Source: Eledone cirrhosa
Taxonomy: Eukaryota
DNA: 64,000 nucleotides
Reading direction: 5' to 3'
Assembly: GCA_964016885.1 (NCBI GenBank)
Contig: OZ024743.1
Location: forward strand, 256,680,001-256,744,000
The translations under genes were made by a program, and so were the position numbers. Shown piece by piece: positions 25,354 through 38,999 of this stretch (within the stretch, counting starts at the first letter, position 1; each line of letters starts with the position of its first letter). The notes beneath the pieces were generated by a model. It saw nothing but the letters and a program-made list of their open reading frames with translations. It was not told the origin of the DNA and did not search any database.

Positions 25354-26229
25354 CCCCTTAGCCTTTGTCAAGGCAGAATTCTAGGAGAAGGAAAACTCTG
25401 ATATAACACATGCAACTTTGATGGTATCCAATGATGTTGACATGTTCTTCTTTTTGGTAAATATCATCTTGGTTAAGAGAGTGGGACTGGCTTTGTGCAG
25501 TGCCTTTGCTCACTATAAAAGCTTCACGGCACAGGCATTGCTTTATATCTGGAGATCTCTCTGCACTTGTCGTCACATGGTACCATGGGCCCAGCACTAT
25601 GTGTGAATAATTTGTAGCAGAGTTTTCAAGTCGCTGGCTGGACTAAAAAGTCGCACTCGTTCAGCGCATCGATAGGGGTTCTCCTACATGGATATAAAGT
25701 TGTGGCCGTACTCGAAAACGAGTTGGCAGCCACCACCATGTATGTATGTATATATATATATATATATATATATCATATATATATATATATCAAAGGGCAA
25801 GGGAGCTCTTAAGACTCAATAGCCATCCAAAATCACCGGGAGAGATGACCCCTTAGCCTTTGTCAAGGCAGAATTCTAGGAGAAGGAAAACTCTGATATA
25901 ACACCTGCAACCCTGATGGTATCCAATGATGTTGACTTGTTCTTCTTTTTGGAAAACATCATCTTGGTTAAGAGAGTGGGACTGGCTTTGTGCAGTGCCT
26001 TTGCTCACTATAAAAGCTTCACAGCACAGGCATTGCTTTATATCTGGAGATCTCTCTGCACTTGTCATCACATGGTATCATGGGCCCTGCACTATGTGTC
26101 AATAATGGTCACAAGTGTAGTCTTTGTGCCAGAGTTTTCAAGTCACATTCGTTCAGCGCATCGGTAGGGGTTCTCCTACATGGATATAAAGTAGTGGCCG
26201 TACTCGAAAACGAGTTGGCAGCCACCATA
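25351..26229 (+). mobile_element. Two tandem copies of a short bipartite RTE-derived element (25351-25740, 25791-26229)
   Basis: Near-identical ~390 bp units. The 5' part has the RTE 5'-UTR-like tctaggagaaggaaaactctga. The 3' part encodes a C2H2-like C..C.RVFKSLAGLKSH.RSAH and ends gcagccacca. Confidence 0.75.
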
Positions 26230-26404
26230 TATATATATATATGTAAAGTTTTATTTAAATTGTTGGGTTAACAACGAGTAAATATTTATAACTGATATAA
26301 AAGCACTCAACAAGTATTTGGAGTATATTTACGATATTAAATAAATGTAAACTATATTTATAAAACCATATTTATTTCATTATATATATTTCAACAAGTA
26401 TTAC

Positions 26405-28460
26405 CTCGACGTTACCCTCAATTTATCGAATGGGTTGTATTACCCGTATAGATAGCCGAATGATACGCTTAATTACATAAGTAAGCATTCCAACCATCCT
26501 GCCTGCATAACCAAGAACCTGGTAAGAAACGTTTCGTTGAGGCTTTCCCGTCTATCTACAAACGAGCATATTTTCAACGACCATTCTACTTATTACAATG
26601 AAGGTCTTGCTCGGAGTGGATTTGTCGATAAGGTAGCATATAGAGAGTACGAAAATAGACCTAGAAGAAATAGACCCCGTCGCATTTGTTGGTATAACGC
26701 ACCATATAATATGGAGGTGGCCACACCATTAGCTAAGATCATTCTTTCCCTTATTACGAAGCATTTTCCCCCTACACATAAATATAGTAAAACTTTTAAT
26801 AGAAATACTATTAAAATGTCCTACTCTACGACTCCTAACCTTGCATATAACATCACAGCTTCAAATTTAGCTAAACTACCTAGCCGAAGGAACACGTGCA
26901 ACCCTGTAGTTAGTACTAACTGTAATTGTAGGAATCGGGTTGATTGCCCCCTATCCGGGTAATGCCTCTCTAGTAACATTGTCTACAAATGTAAGGTTGA
27001 AACACCCACGTCCCGTAGGGCCTACATAGGGTTAACCGCCAATAGATTCAAGCAGCGTCTTTACATGCATACCCATTCTTTTCGTTACCCTCTAAGAAGG
27101 AATATGACGTCACTTTCAGCTTATATCTGGAGTCTAAAAGACAACCACACCCAATATAAGTTACACTGGGAGATCCTAGCTAGAGCTAGATCGTATAACG
27201 GAAATAAAAGACCATGTGACCTCTGGACCGCCGAGGCCCTGGAAATACTCTACGCCACAGACCACATCTTAAACAAAAAATCTGAGGCAATTTCGGCTTG
27301 TAAACATAAATTTCACAAAACTTTCCTGTATTACAGTCCCACGTTATACCCTAACGGATAGTACGATCTATTTTACGTCTTGATGTGGTAGCTAAGTATA
27401 TGTTTTGTTTATACCATTACTTATTTGCATAGGTAAGTATATATTACCTGTATGTTTTGTGAAGGTACGTATACTTTCTCGTACGTATATTTGATTGTAT
27501 GTGTTATGGCGTATAATTTTTATATATTCTGGTACATATGGTTTGGTTATGTGTATACGGGAGTTTTGCGTCTGTGTGAGTATGCAGGTTCGTAGGTATG
27601 TGGGGTGTGTGTGTATATGTACTTCATGTTTTGGTTGACTTACGTCTCCGAACATTTGTGTATTTACATGTAGGTATGTGTGTGCGCTTGTTATATACGT
27701 ATTTATTTATTAATATACGTTTATTTAATTATTTATTTATTTGTATACATGCACACACACACACATATTTATATGTGCGTGGTTTTTTATACCTATGGCA
27801 AGTGTTTTCGCGTATGCTTGTGTATGTACGTATTTACACGTGTGTATGTATTTATTTTATTTCTATTACCTCTGTATTGTATTTTATTTACTTTATTCTT
27901 AACTCTGAAGCGGAGATTCATTCGGTTTCCTAGTTAGAATTTTAGTCTTTGACTTCAGCTATACCATTTACGTGGTTTTGTCTTTGTGTGCAATTGTTCT
28001 CCACGCTACACATATGACGTATTATCTTCGTTTTTTCCGTTCATTGCCAGAGAACGTCTCTATGAACCACCTTAGAGAACATTAGTCTACGACTTCTTTT
28101 ATACCATAAACGTGGTTCTGTCTTTGCGCGTAATTGTTTTTCACCGCTCCTATTAATGAGTTATTATATTCTTTTTTTCCCGTTCTTTGTCAGGGAACGT
28201 TTCCACGAACCAAAGTATCGTCTTCCTGTCTTCCTCCGGTTGCAACGTTTTTTTGAAATATTCACTTCTGCGTTCACAGATTGACTTTGTTAGTTTCAGA
28301 AGATCCCGTTAAGGGTGAAAGCAGCGATTCTTTGCTTAAACTTTAATCTGTTATTTTAATAAATATTTGCTCTACGGTTCTTATATATTTGATATATATT
28401 TATCCTTATTGTGCCCTCTTGGGATTTTAGTCTTCAAATTTATTATTATTACTATATATA
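26405..28460 (+). mobile_element. 5'-truncated Penelope-like element (RT thumb, GIY-YIG endonuclease, long 3' UTR)
   Basis: DVTLNL..YPYR*PND..SKHSNHP; WYNAPY; KMSYSTTPN; CNCRNRVDCPLSG*CLSSNIVYKC..AYIGLT..FKQR (GIY-YIG). Degenerate hammerhead core near 28297-28325. Confidence 0.93.
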
Positions 28461-28462
28461 TA

Positions 28463-28652
28463 GGGCGGTGGATTGGCAGTATCAGTAGAGAGTCGGACGC
28501 CATGCTTTCCAACATAGTTACGTCCCTTTACGGTCTGAGTTCAAATCCCGCCGAGGTTAACTTTGCTTTTCATCCTTACGGGGTCGATCAAATAAAGTAC
28601 CAGTACTGTACTGTGTAATTGCTGGCCTTGTGCCAAAAGTAGAAACAATTAT

Positions 28653-28655
<3 letters not shown>
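28463..28655 (+). mobile_element. Full-length young SINE
   Basis: GGGCGGTGGATTGGCAG head, B box GAGTTCAAATCCC, Nin core, ATTATT tail. Confidence 0.9.
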
Positions 28656-28689
<34 letters not shown>

Positions 28690-28900
28690 CATGGTGGCTG
28701 CCAACTCGTTTTCGAGTACGGCCACTACTCTATATCCATGTAGGAGAACCCCTACCGATGCGCTGAACGAGTGTGACTTTTTAGTCCAGCCAGCGACTTG
28801 AAAACTCTGGTACAAACACTACACCTGCGACAATTATTGACACACAGTGCTGGGCCCATTGTACCATGTGACGACAAGTGCAGAGAGATCTCCAGATATA
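28690..28900 (-). mobile_element. Third, 5'-truncated copy of the bipartite RTE-derived element
   Basis: Reverse complement of the 3' half of the 25351 unit; ORF ..CSVCTRVFKSLAGLKSHTRSAHR. Confidence 0.85.
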
Positions 28901-28906
28901 CATACA

Positions 28907-28942
<36 letters not shown>

Positions 28943-28984
28943 GATTCACTATTTTGAAAATTTGGACGTGTACAACAATTATTG

Positions 28985-29170
28985 TGGATTGGCAGTATCG
29001 GTAGAGGGTCGGACGCCATGCTTTCCAGCATAGTTACGTCCCTTTACGATCTGAGTTCAAATCCCGCCGAGGTTGACTTTGCCTTTCATCCTTACGGGGT
29101 CGATAAAATAAAGTACCAGTAATGCACTGGGTAATTGCTGGCCTTGTGCCTAAAGTAGCAACAATTATTG
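28985..29170 (+). mobile_element. SINE inserted into a half copy of a fold-back element, with a 12-bp flanking direct repeat
   Basis: CAACAATTATTG at 28973-28984 and 29159-29170. The flanks match the palindromic element at 61600-61895. Confidence 0.88.
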
Positions 29171-29414
29171 AGTGGCTGCTATTTGCAGTATAGTAATATA
29201 AGGTTGCACTTTCCAATGAAACGGTCGTAAATACCTGGATAAAATCCTTTTTTTAATGCTTACCTGTGTTTTCTCTTTTATCCTATATATATATATATAC
29301 ATACATAAATAAAGACAATATCAATGACATGAAAAGATTTCCCAGCGGATGTTCAGGTAAACTCTGGGTGTATATCCAGTTTCAGAGTGAAAATCCAATT
29401 TAAAAATCCAACAA

Positions 29415-29445
<31 letters not shown>

Positions 29446-29539
29446 AACAATGAGTTATTTGGTTTGTTGCTTATTCAAAAAAGTTAATTTTACAACAGAT
29501 TAGAAGCACTCAACTGTATTTATCCGGAGTATCATTAAT

Positions 29540-29835
29540 ATCAATAATATTAATAAATGGAAAATATCTTTATAAAATCATATTTATTTTATTATATGTA
29601 TTTCAAAGGTACTAATATTTAAGTACGCTTTCATCAGATAGAATATAATAATTGGTGTTAAGATAGTGGCATATCTTCATGTTATAAGTTCAGTGAAGAT
29701 AGTGAATAGAATTGTACAACCCTCAAGGGAAATATGATAATATTTAAGCGTACTTAAATATTAGTACCCTTGAAATATGTATAATAAAATAAATATGGTT
29801 TTATAAAGATATTTTCCATTTATTAATATTATCGA
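29540..29835. repeat. Inverted repeat (~90 bp arms, ~120 bp spacer), MITE-like
   Basis: ataatattaataaatggaaaatatctttataaaa..gtactaatatttaagtacgct versus its reverse complement at ~29747-29835. Related sequence at 26300-26400. Confidence 0.8.
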
Positions 29836-30116
29836 TATATATATGTATATATATATGGGGTCCATTTTGAAGTAGTGGTTTACAATTGGGTGCCCTTATT
29901 AGCATCAAACATTTCTGATGTGTAGGATTATGGTGTACGTAAACATGATATACACAATAAAAGTATTGAACAATATATAAGGAAACCATGAATCTGATGG
30001 GCTATCGATTCCCGAGTAGGGCACGATCGATACTGATTGTACCTTGAGCCGATAGATCACAAAACACACATCACACATGAATAAACATAATGATGATATT
30101 TTGACACCATGTCCTT

Positions 30117-30147
<31 letters not shown>

Positions 30148-31674
30148 GTTATTATATATATATATATATATATGTATGTGTCTAGAAATCACTATATTCA
30201 TGTCTTAAAGAATGAATAATATGGCAGTAGACAATTAAATCTAATTTTCTCACATAAGCATCGTTAGATTTGACTCTTATAATTACATGCTGCACAAATA
30301 AGAAGAGTTCGCAAAAATAAAATATTATTTGCTAATTGTGCAATTTAAATGAACGTGACACATTTTCAAACAAGCTTCTTCACCTGAATACTGTCTGATA
30401 TGTCAAACCAATTATAGTGCCTCTCTACATTTGCTCAACTTGCTAAGAATCTCTTTCAAATCATAGCTGACACTCTTAAAAACAGAAGAATACTCTGGAT
30501 GATGTAGTGTTAGATACACTATATCTCAAAATTAATGATCAAATGCCTGCTCTTCCAGATGTGACCAGTAACTAAAGCAGCATATTACCTCTTGAATTCT
30601 AGTTTAACTATTTTGTTACCACATTTCTAATAATTTTGAAGATAATTGAGAATTTGGGAGAAATTAGTAATATACCATATATTCTCAAATATAAGATGAT
30701 ACAAATAAAAGCCCACCCAACAATTTTATGTCTGAGAAGTGGGCAAAAATCCAAACCAAACTATGAAGTATTTGAAGAGGGTGAAAATCATCAAAATATT
30801 GACACCAAATATAAGCATCCCCATTTACCATCTATTTTTTTGATTACATATTCCTCAACTTATATTCGAGTATATATGGTAACTAACATTCTCATTATTA
30901 AATTGATGTTTGGCACATTTATTAACAAAGATCCTTACATAAAAGTATGATAGAAAGTTCTTCAATAAGTATAAATATTTTAAAATAAAGAGTTTTGTAT
31001 CTTAGAAACATGAGCAGTTTCAGATGATTTTTATTAGAAGGGTTGATGTTTTTTTTTGTCATAATGTCAGAAGTCAGACATGAACGTTTATCCTCACAGT
31101 CTCACATTCAACTACGTGCAAAATACAATTTTTATAAATAAGATGAAGACCCTGTTAACACCAACCTACCCAAAACCTCCTCTGGTTCTGTGAAACAAAA
31201 CCACCATTTTTAAAGTGTTCTGATTATAATTAAATTCTCCCAACCTAATTTGATATAAGAACCTTTTGTTAAGCAAAGTTACGAATACCACCTTCATAAT
31301 GAAATAATAAATGACTTTAGTAAATCCCTGCAAATTCTTCATAATGTGGTCACAAGAGGCTTAACAGTTTTCAAGAAATACATTAAACATTCACTAGTAT
31401 ATATATAAATATATATAACCTTCACTATTATATATATAAATACATATAACTGTTTCTACTTTAGGCACAAGGCCAGCAATTACCCAGTGCATTACTGGTA
31501 CTTTATTTTATCGACCCCGTAAGGATGAAAGGCAAAGTCAACCTCGAAATACATATAACGCACTATTATATATACTTGGCACATTTTCATTCTATTTCCA
31601 CTGTATATTTGTTGCAAAAAATGTTCGTCCTCACTCTTCTTGCTGCCTTTTCTCACTCCTTCTCACTCTCTCCT

Positions 31675-31815
31675 TTTTTTCTCCCCTTTCTCACGCTAAC
31701 TATTTTTTTCTCAAATTTAAATGGAAAATAAAATTCAATGCGAAAAAACAGTTTATATACAAATAAGAAGAAATATGAATTTGGTATTAGAAATCTTAGG
31801 AAATATTTAAACACA

Positions 31816-31859
<44 letters not shown>

Positions 31860-32243
31860 GATAATAATATATGTGACTTAAAAGATTTTGGAGGATAAAA
31901 TAATATTTCCAAAGTCCTTTCAGATATCTGAAATATTAGGTGTATATGGTATTTGAATGTTTCTTGTTTATTCAATGGAAAAATATGACAAGGATGGAAT
32001 GAAGTTAAATGCAAATATATATATAAGATAGGGATAGATAAAGAGAGGATGACATAGTCATTTAAAGCCACAAAATAAAGAGAGAAATAAAGAAAGAAGG
32101 GAGAGACCTTTATTTTGCCCTATATATTTTAAGATTTTAACATTAAATAAATCTTGTCATTCCTAATTTCATATGAGCTTACATTTAAAAGATAGTTCCA
32201 CATTTCAAAGTACATATATTTCCAACACACTAGCCCCCCCCCC

Positions 32244-32291
<48 letters not shown>

Positions 32292-33270
32292 CTAACAGAG
32301 TGTATTTTATGAAACAAAATGAAGAAAAAATGCTTCCTGAATGCTCAGTTTTCACCACCACTCTTTACATATTTATTATTATTGTTATTAACATTATTAT
32401 TGTTCTTTGAGTCTCAGTCATTGATGTTATTTAACTGGAAAGTTTGTTGAAATGAATATCAAGCCGCTACCTGCAGCCTCAGATATTCAGGACGTATCGG
32501 AGGGTTCTTGCTGTTCCCTCCGATACGTCCTGAATATCTTAAATATTTTTTTTTTTCTCCCCTTTCACACGCTAACTATTTTTTTTTAAAATTTAAATGG
32601 AAAATAAAATTCAATGCCAAAAAACAGTTTATATACAAATCAGAAGAAATATGGATTTGGTATTAGAAATCTTAGGAAATATTTAAACACTTATATATAT
32701 ATATATATATAATATTTAAACACTCTTATATATATATATAATGATAATAATATATGTGACTTAAAAGATTTTGGAGGATAAAATAATATTTCGAAAGTCC
32801 TTTCAGATATCTGAAATATTAGGTGTATATGGTATTTGAATGTTTCTTGTTTATTCAATGGAAAAATATGACAAGGATGGAATGAAGTTAAATGCAAATA
32901 TATATATAAGATAGGGATAGATAAATAGAGGGTGACATAGTCATTTAAAGCGACAAAATAAAGAGAGAAATAAAGAAAGAAGGGAGAGACCTATATTTTG
33001 CCCTATATATTTCAAGATTTTAACATTAAATAAATCTTGTCATTCCTAATTTCATATGAGCTTACATTTAAAAGATAGTTCCACATTTCAAAGTACATAT
33101 ATTTCCAACACACTAGCCCCCCCCCCCCCCCCCACACACACACATATATATATATATATTACTAACAGAGTGTATTTTATGAAACAAAATGAAGAAAAAA
33201 TGCTTCCTGAATGCTCAGTTTTCACCACCACTCTTTACATATTTATTATTATTGTTATTAACATTATTAT
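31675..33270. repeat. ~730 bp direct duplication (31675-32400, 32550-33270) separated by an R4/Dong 3' end
   Basis: Both copies start ttttctcccctttc.cacgctaac and end gttattaacattattat. Near-identical apart from microsatellite lengths and a few substitutions. Confidence 0.92.
32400..32539 (-). mobile_element. Very short R4/Dong 3' end with fold-back 5' junction
   Basis: Reverse reads GTARTLRYVLNI* plus a 3' UTR nearly identical to 17962-18050. 24-bp perfect inverted repeat at 32481-32504 / 32516-32539. Confidence 0.85.
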
Positions 33271-33275
33271 TATTA

Positions 33276-33322
<47 letters not shown>

Positions 33323-33499
33323 TAAATGAATCTAAACAAAATACATTAAGAGAATCGATCAGCATAAGGATGTTGTTTTAGGGTTTGTTTTTTTACAAAA
33401 CTAAACTAAAAGTTTGTAAGAGGTTTACTTAAATGTAATTTTTGAGTATCTTAAAATATATTTACATATATAATGTTGACAAGAAATATATTTACAGAT

Positions 33500-33905
33500 A
33501 TAGTTCTTTCTAATTTCGGTACAAGGCCAGAAATTTGGGTTAGAGAATTATATCAACCACAGTACTTGACATATACTTTATTTTATCGACCCCCAGAAGA
33601 ATGAAAAGCAGCGTTGACCTTCATGGGATTTGAACTCAGAACATAAAATGCCGAAAAATACTGCTAAGCATTTGTCCAATGCTCTATACTCTGCCAAGCC
33701 ATTACCATATTTATAGATATAATTGTTTCTACTTTTGGCACAAGGCCAGCAATTACCCAGTGTATTACTGGTACTTTATTTTATCGACCCCATAAGGATG
33801 AAAGGCAAAGTTAACCTCGGCGGGATTTGAACTCAGAATGGCAAGGGCCGTAACTCTATGCGTCAAAGCATGGCGTCCGACCCTCTACCGATACTGCCAA
33901 TCCAG
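33500..33905 (-). mobile_element. Two tandem SINEs
   Basis: Reverse Nin cores and heads at ~33500-33710 and ~33720-33905. Confidence 0.88.
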
Positions 33906-34332
33906 ATATAATGATGGCTAATCATGGTAAAACATTTCAATCCTTCCTTACAAGGCTTTTGCACATTTTAAAAAATTCATTTACTAGTTTCAGTCATTAG
34001 AATGTGATCAGGCTAGGGCATTGCTTTGATATAGAGGACCATATTATTTCCAGTACTTATTTTATTGATATTGTTAAATGGTTATGTGACACAGCACAAA
34101 CATCTCTCTATATAAGACATATGGTCTGTTTGTGCGTGCTTATTACAACTGCTGCTGCTGATATATCAGTCATGAATAATTACATATCCTGTGATAATAG
34201 ATTCAAGAGAGAAACAAAATTGCATCACCACAAGTTCAAAATACCAACCTGACCAAAATGTAGTGTTCACTTTTTATGTAATTCAATACCTAGTTCACCA
34301 ATAATATACACACGCATACACTTATATGTATA

Positions 34333-34411
<79 letters not shown>

Positions 34412-34586
34412 TATATATATATGCATATGTATGTGTTTATGTATTTGTATATGTATATTTATGTATGAGAGTGTGTGTGTGTATGTATGTGTGTATGTGT
34501 ATATATATATATATGTGTGTATGTATATATTTGTGTGTGTGTTTGCATGTGTGTTTTTATTTTTCCTTTCCTTCTTCCTTTTCCAG

Positions 34587-34702
34587 CCTCACTTTCATAT
34601 AGATTATATTTTTGTTTTTAAAATCCAATGCCAATAAATACACCAGGATTTTTTCACTCTGATGATTGAAAGCAAAATTTTTATGCTTTTAAGAAACCAC
34701 TG
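34587..34702 (+). pseudogene. Candidate exon (acceptor ttttccag, donor CTG/gtaaat), paralogous to 62298-62410 (-)
   Basis: Strong polypyrimidine tract plus CAG, and a GT donor, both conserved in the inverted paralog. All frames contain stops. Confidence 0.5.
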
Positions 34703-34737
34703 GTAAATGAAATAATTGCCTTATGTTGTTTATTACA

Positions 34738-34796
<59 letters not shown>

Positions 34797-35236
34797 TGAG
34801 GAAAATGTGAAGTTGTAGATGTTGAAGAGTCCTTTATTAATAGAGCTGTGATAGACATTTCAATGATGATCTTGGTCACTTGATTATTTAACCATTCTTG
34901 TAATCTCATCAGACAGCAACATTGAGTAAAAGGCTATGTTCCTGAGACAGTCCAATCTACAAGGAGATGGACAAATAATTATGTTTTAGTTGGGTTTGCC
35001 CATTCCCTTGTGAGCTTCTGAACATCCCCACAGCTTTGCACAGATGCAGAGGTGGGGGAAGTTGAACACTTAACTACCTCCCAAATCAATACTACTCTAT
35101 ACTACCCTAGGTAACCTCACTCCACATTAGTTACCCCCCCCCTTCCCATCTCAGCCAGCAACGTTATGTAGTCGCAGAGAGTCTAATTCAGCCAAAAAGT
35201 TATTAAAATGAATTGTATCTATGTCTACTGTGTGTC

Positions 35237-37843
35237 TTCATCATCATCATCATCATCATCATCATCGTTTAACGTCCATGTACCACGCTTGCATGGGTTT
35301 GGATGGGAGTTTTCCCACTTGAAGCAAGAGTGGTTGACTTGCTCGCATAGGACTGTCTGGCAGGTTTTCTACAGTTGGATGCCCTTCCTAACACCAACCA
35401 CATTTACAGTGTGGGGCTGGGAGGTTTTTACCGTGTTGCCTACACGGCCACATTACAGCGTGGACTGTGTGTTTTTTTGTCGTGACACCTACACGATCTC
35501 ATTTGTTTCGGCCTGGATGTTGTGGCACCAACATAACTTTACATAGAAGGGGCGGTGTGGATGGGGTGGGGTGGTTGGACGGGGTAGTATTTTGTTAGAG
35601 ATGCCTACTGACTGTAGTAGGTTTTACTTTGTATTTAGGTAAGGCGGGTCTTCTCTATTACCGAGTACCGCCAAAGGTCTTGGTCCAGTGACATTGTCTT
35701 GGAGAGTTGTAAGTGTGTGAGGTCGGACTTTATCAGCTCGTCCCAGGTTTTTCTGGGTCTGCCTACTCCGTGGCTGCCATCTATCTTTATTGCCCACCAC
35801 TTTGTTATACAGCTGTCGTCTTTCATGTGCATCACATGACCATACCAACGTAGCCTTCTCTCGAGTAAACAACATCTGATCCCTCTTATTTCTAATTTTT
35901 TCCTTAGTTCGTTTATGCTTTGCCGTTCACGTATATTACTATTACACATCCAGCGGAGCATGCAAGCTTCGTTCCTCTCTAGTCTGCGTATATCATCTGC
36001 ACACAACGCCCAGGTCTCACTGCCATGCAACATTGCTGTTCGTATGCAGGCATCATACAACCTGCCTTTCATTTTTAGGGAGAACCCTTTAGCGGCTAAT
36101 AGTAGTATAAGCTCTCTGAACTTTTTCCATCCAGTTCTGACTCTAGCTACTGTACTTTCAGAGCACCCTCCCCCACTGCTGATTTTGTCACCCAGGTAAC
36201 TGAAGCTGTCTACTATTTCTATAGAACCCTCTGCGCAATTGAAAGAGCTAGTATTTTGTGGGCACTTGCTGCTACTTATTGCACCAGAGCACCGGCCACA
36301 TGTAAAATCTATGTTCTTAGTTAGCTTACCTGTGATCCCACTACATCTTTTATGCACCCATACTTTGCATTTGGGACAAAAAATGGAGTTTCTACCTACG
36401 CCTTTCCTACACACCGAGCATGGCCACTTCCCGGAAGGGACCACCGCCTTATTTTCTTTCTTACAAACTAGAACTTTAGTCTTAGCCAGGTTAATTTTAA
36501 GGCCTTTTGATTCTAGGCCGTGCTTCCATGTTTGGAATTTCTTCTCTAGCTCGGCCATTGATTCAGCTATGAGCGTTAGATCATCTGCGTATAGGAGTTC
36601 CCATGGGCAGCCGGTCTTGAACTCCACTGTTATAGCCTAAAGGGCAATAATAAATAGTAGGGAGCTAAGAAGAGAGCCCTGATGGACACCAACTTTTACG
36701 CTAAACTCTTCACTATATTCGTTGTTAATTCTAACCTTGCTGACTGTTTCTTTATACATGGCTTGTATAGCTCTCACAAGCCATTCGTCAACACCTAATT
36801 TTCTATGAGCCCACCAGATAATGGAACGGGGGATTCTGTCGAAGGCTTTCTCCAAGTCGACAAAAGCTAAGTATAGGGGTTTACTTTTAGCTAGGTACTT
36901 CTCCTGTAGTTGTCGTACAATGAAAAGAGCGTCTGTGGTACTTTTGCCTGACACAAACCCGAACTGCATTTCATCTAGATCAATTCTCTCTCTGATTAGT
37001 TGCGCTATTACTTTTTCCGTGACTTTCATGACCTGGTCGATTAATTAAATGCCTCTATAGTTACTCCTATCTAGGGCATCTCCTTTACCCTTATAACAGT
37101 TAATGATGATGCTGCTACGCCAGTCCTTCGGAACAACCGTCTTCATATCTTTGATTGCCTTACTTATTATACTACCCTCGACTAACACTGCTGGTCCCTC
37201 TATTGGGTCGATGTGGGGGAGACTGTCTTTCTCCCATATATTCTCTTCATTTAGTAGCCTTTCGTAGTGACACTTCCAAGCTACCTTCTTATCAGCGTCG
37301 ATGATGGCAAGTACGCCATCATCATTAAGTACACACTTCTCCCCGACAATATCACGGTTTTCCTTGACACATTGCCTAGCAATCCTGAACACCTCACATT
37401 TTTGGTCCTCGCGTTGTAGAACATGCTTGAACTTTCTTTCCTCTGCTTCCCTTCTTGCGAAGTACACTTGTCTCCTAGCTTCCCTCCTAGCCACTTGATA
37501 GTCTTCTCTACTTCCCCCATCCCGCCATACTTTCCAAGCCTGCTTTTTGGCCTTAATTGACCCCTCCACCTTACTGTTCCACCACCATGTTACTCTCCTC
37601 CTGCCTACAGGCCTGCTCCAGCCACAGACTTCGTCTGCCGCCATCAGCAGGTTTGCTTTCAGGAATTCCCACTGTTCCTCTATATTGTACGACTCTAATT
37701 ACTCTTCCTTACTGTCAAAAGCATCAAGTAGTATGCCTTTAAATTTATTTCTGGCTGTGGGGTCCTTTAGCTTCCATATTTTTCTCCTGAGGATAGTCCT
37801 CTTCTGCTGTCTAGTACGTCTCGTCCTGACTATTAGGTCGCTA
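35237..37843 (-). mobile_element. Best-preserved RTE-clade LINE (5'-truncated, frameshifts, small internal deletion)
   Basis: ORFs 37045-37644, 36637-37029 and 35635-36627 with YKGKGDA..NYRGI, QFGF, FVDLEKAFD, GVHQGS, LYADD, internal Cys-rich PHD-like finger, GRPRKTW. (CAT)n tail at 35237-35265. Confidence 0.96.
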
Positions 37844-38203
37844 AATATATATATATATATATATATATTATATACATATATATATATTCTTGCTCACACC
37901 TCACTTGCGTCAGACAGTCTGTTGCCTCTCGCTCATGAAATCCTAACAGCTTAAGCTGATCGGACTCCCATGTGCTTGTTTATTCCTATCGTTGCGTTGC
38001 TATCCTTCTATGTTTGTTTACTTGTCTTGCTCGCTTTACGCGATTTACTTGTCCCAATAGCTTTATTTAGCTATTGCTTGCACCAACTGGAGGTATATGA
38101 TTTTTAAAGCGAAGAAATACCAATGTAGGTTGGAAAATCACTGATGAAGGACTATTTTTATGATACGTAACCCATGTGAAACCACGCAGTATTCATTCTT
38201 CTC

Positions 38204-38242
<39 letters not shown>

Positions 38243-38369
38243 TTATTATTATAATCTATATATATATATATATATACATGTATGTATGTATGTATATATA
38301 TATAAAGACACAGAGAGAGCAGACTTCTACACATTTACCATGCACTAAATTTCACTCAGAAAGTAATAG

Positions 38370-38599
38370 TTAACCTATAGCACTAAGATTTGCAAATAAT
38401 TTTGAAAATAATGTAAGACTTTTGAGAGATTTGGTAATATAAAATTTTCCTTATTTAGATACTGTTTGGAACATAATTTAAGAAATGTTCTTACTTAAAA
38501 TTATCAGAGAAAGTTTTCAGATAAATATAAACACATTAAAATAAAATGTTCTAACATAGAATCAGGGGCAGTTTCAGGCAGTTTAGTGTGAAGAGTTAA
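38370..38599. mobile_element. TTAA-flanked non-autonomous DNA element (piggyBac-like MITE); related pieces at ~30600, ~31150-31390, ~49030-49395, ~50400
   Basis: Starts TTAACCT and ends GAGTTAA. Shares ataattttgaaaataa.. and catagaa.cag.gg motifs with the other pieces. Confidence 0.5.
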
Positions 38600-38999
38600 A
38601 TGTGTCATAAATGGATATTTTAATACCATTGTTTTTCCATAAATAGAACATGATAATTAATTCAATTCAATAATTTAACTGAAATGTCCTTGTAGATAAA
38701 ACATTTGATATTTCTCCTGACATCCCTACTGGATTTGAACTGTTTCATTTGTGCTTCACTTTTATTCATTCAAGATAGAATATCAAATATAGAAAGAAAA
38801 TTAAAATTAAATAGTTTTGTTGTTGGTTTTTATGAATTTATTTTAAGAATATAATTATTATCATTTCATTTAATTAACTCTTAATATCATGCAATGATTT
38901 AATAGAAAATATTTTAAAATGGGTTTTGTAATTCAAATGTTTATAGTATATTTACTAATAGACAGATGGGTTGTGGAATTGTGTAACATTAGAAAGAAG

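Noticed and set aside
28463-28560. tRNA genes
   Set aside because: The A/B-box-like motifs belong to SINE heads. No cloverleaf is evident.
30636-30950. 104-aa ORF
   Set aside because: Starts in a MITE-like repeat. No motif or convincing splice context.
38696-38790. TIR-domain-like start (PDIPTGFELFHLCF) in one frame
   Set aside because: It stops after 27 codons and no TIR box 2 was found. Another frame fits an LRR reading at least as well.
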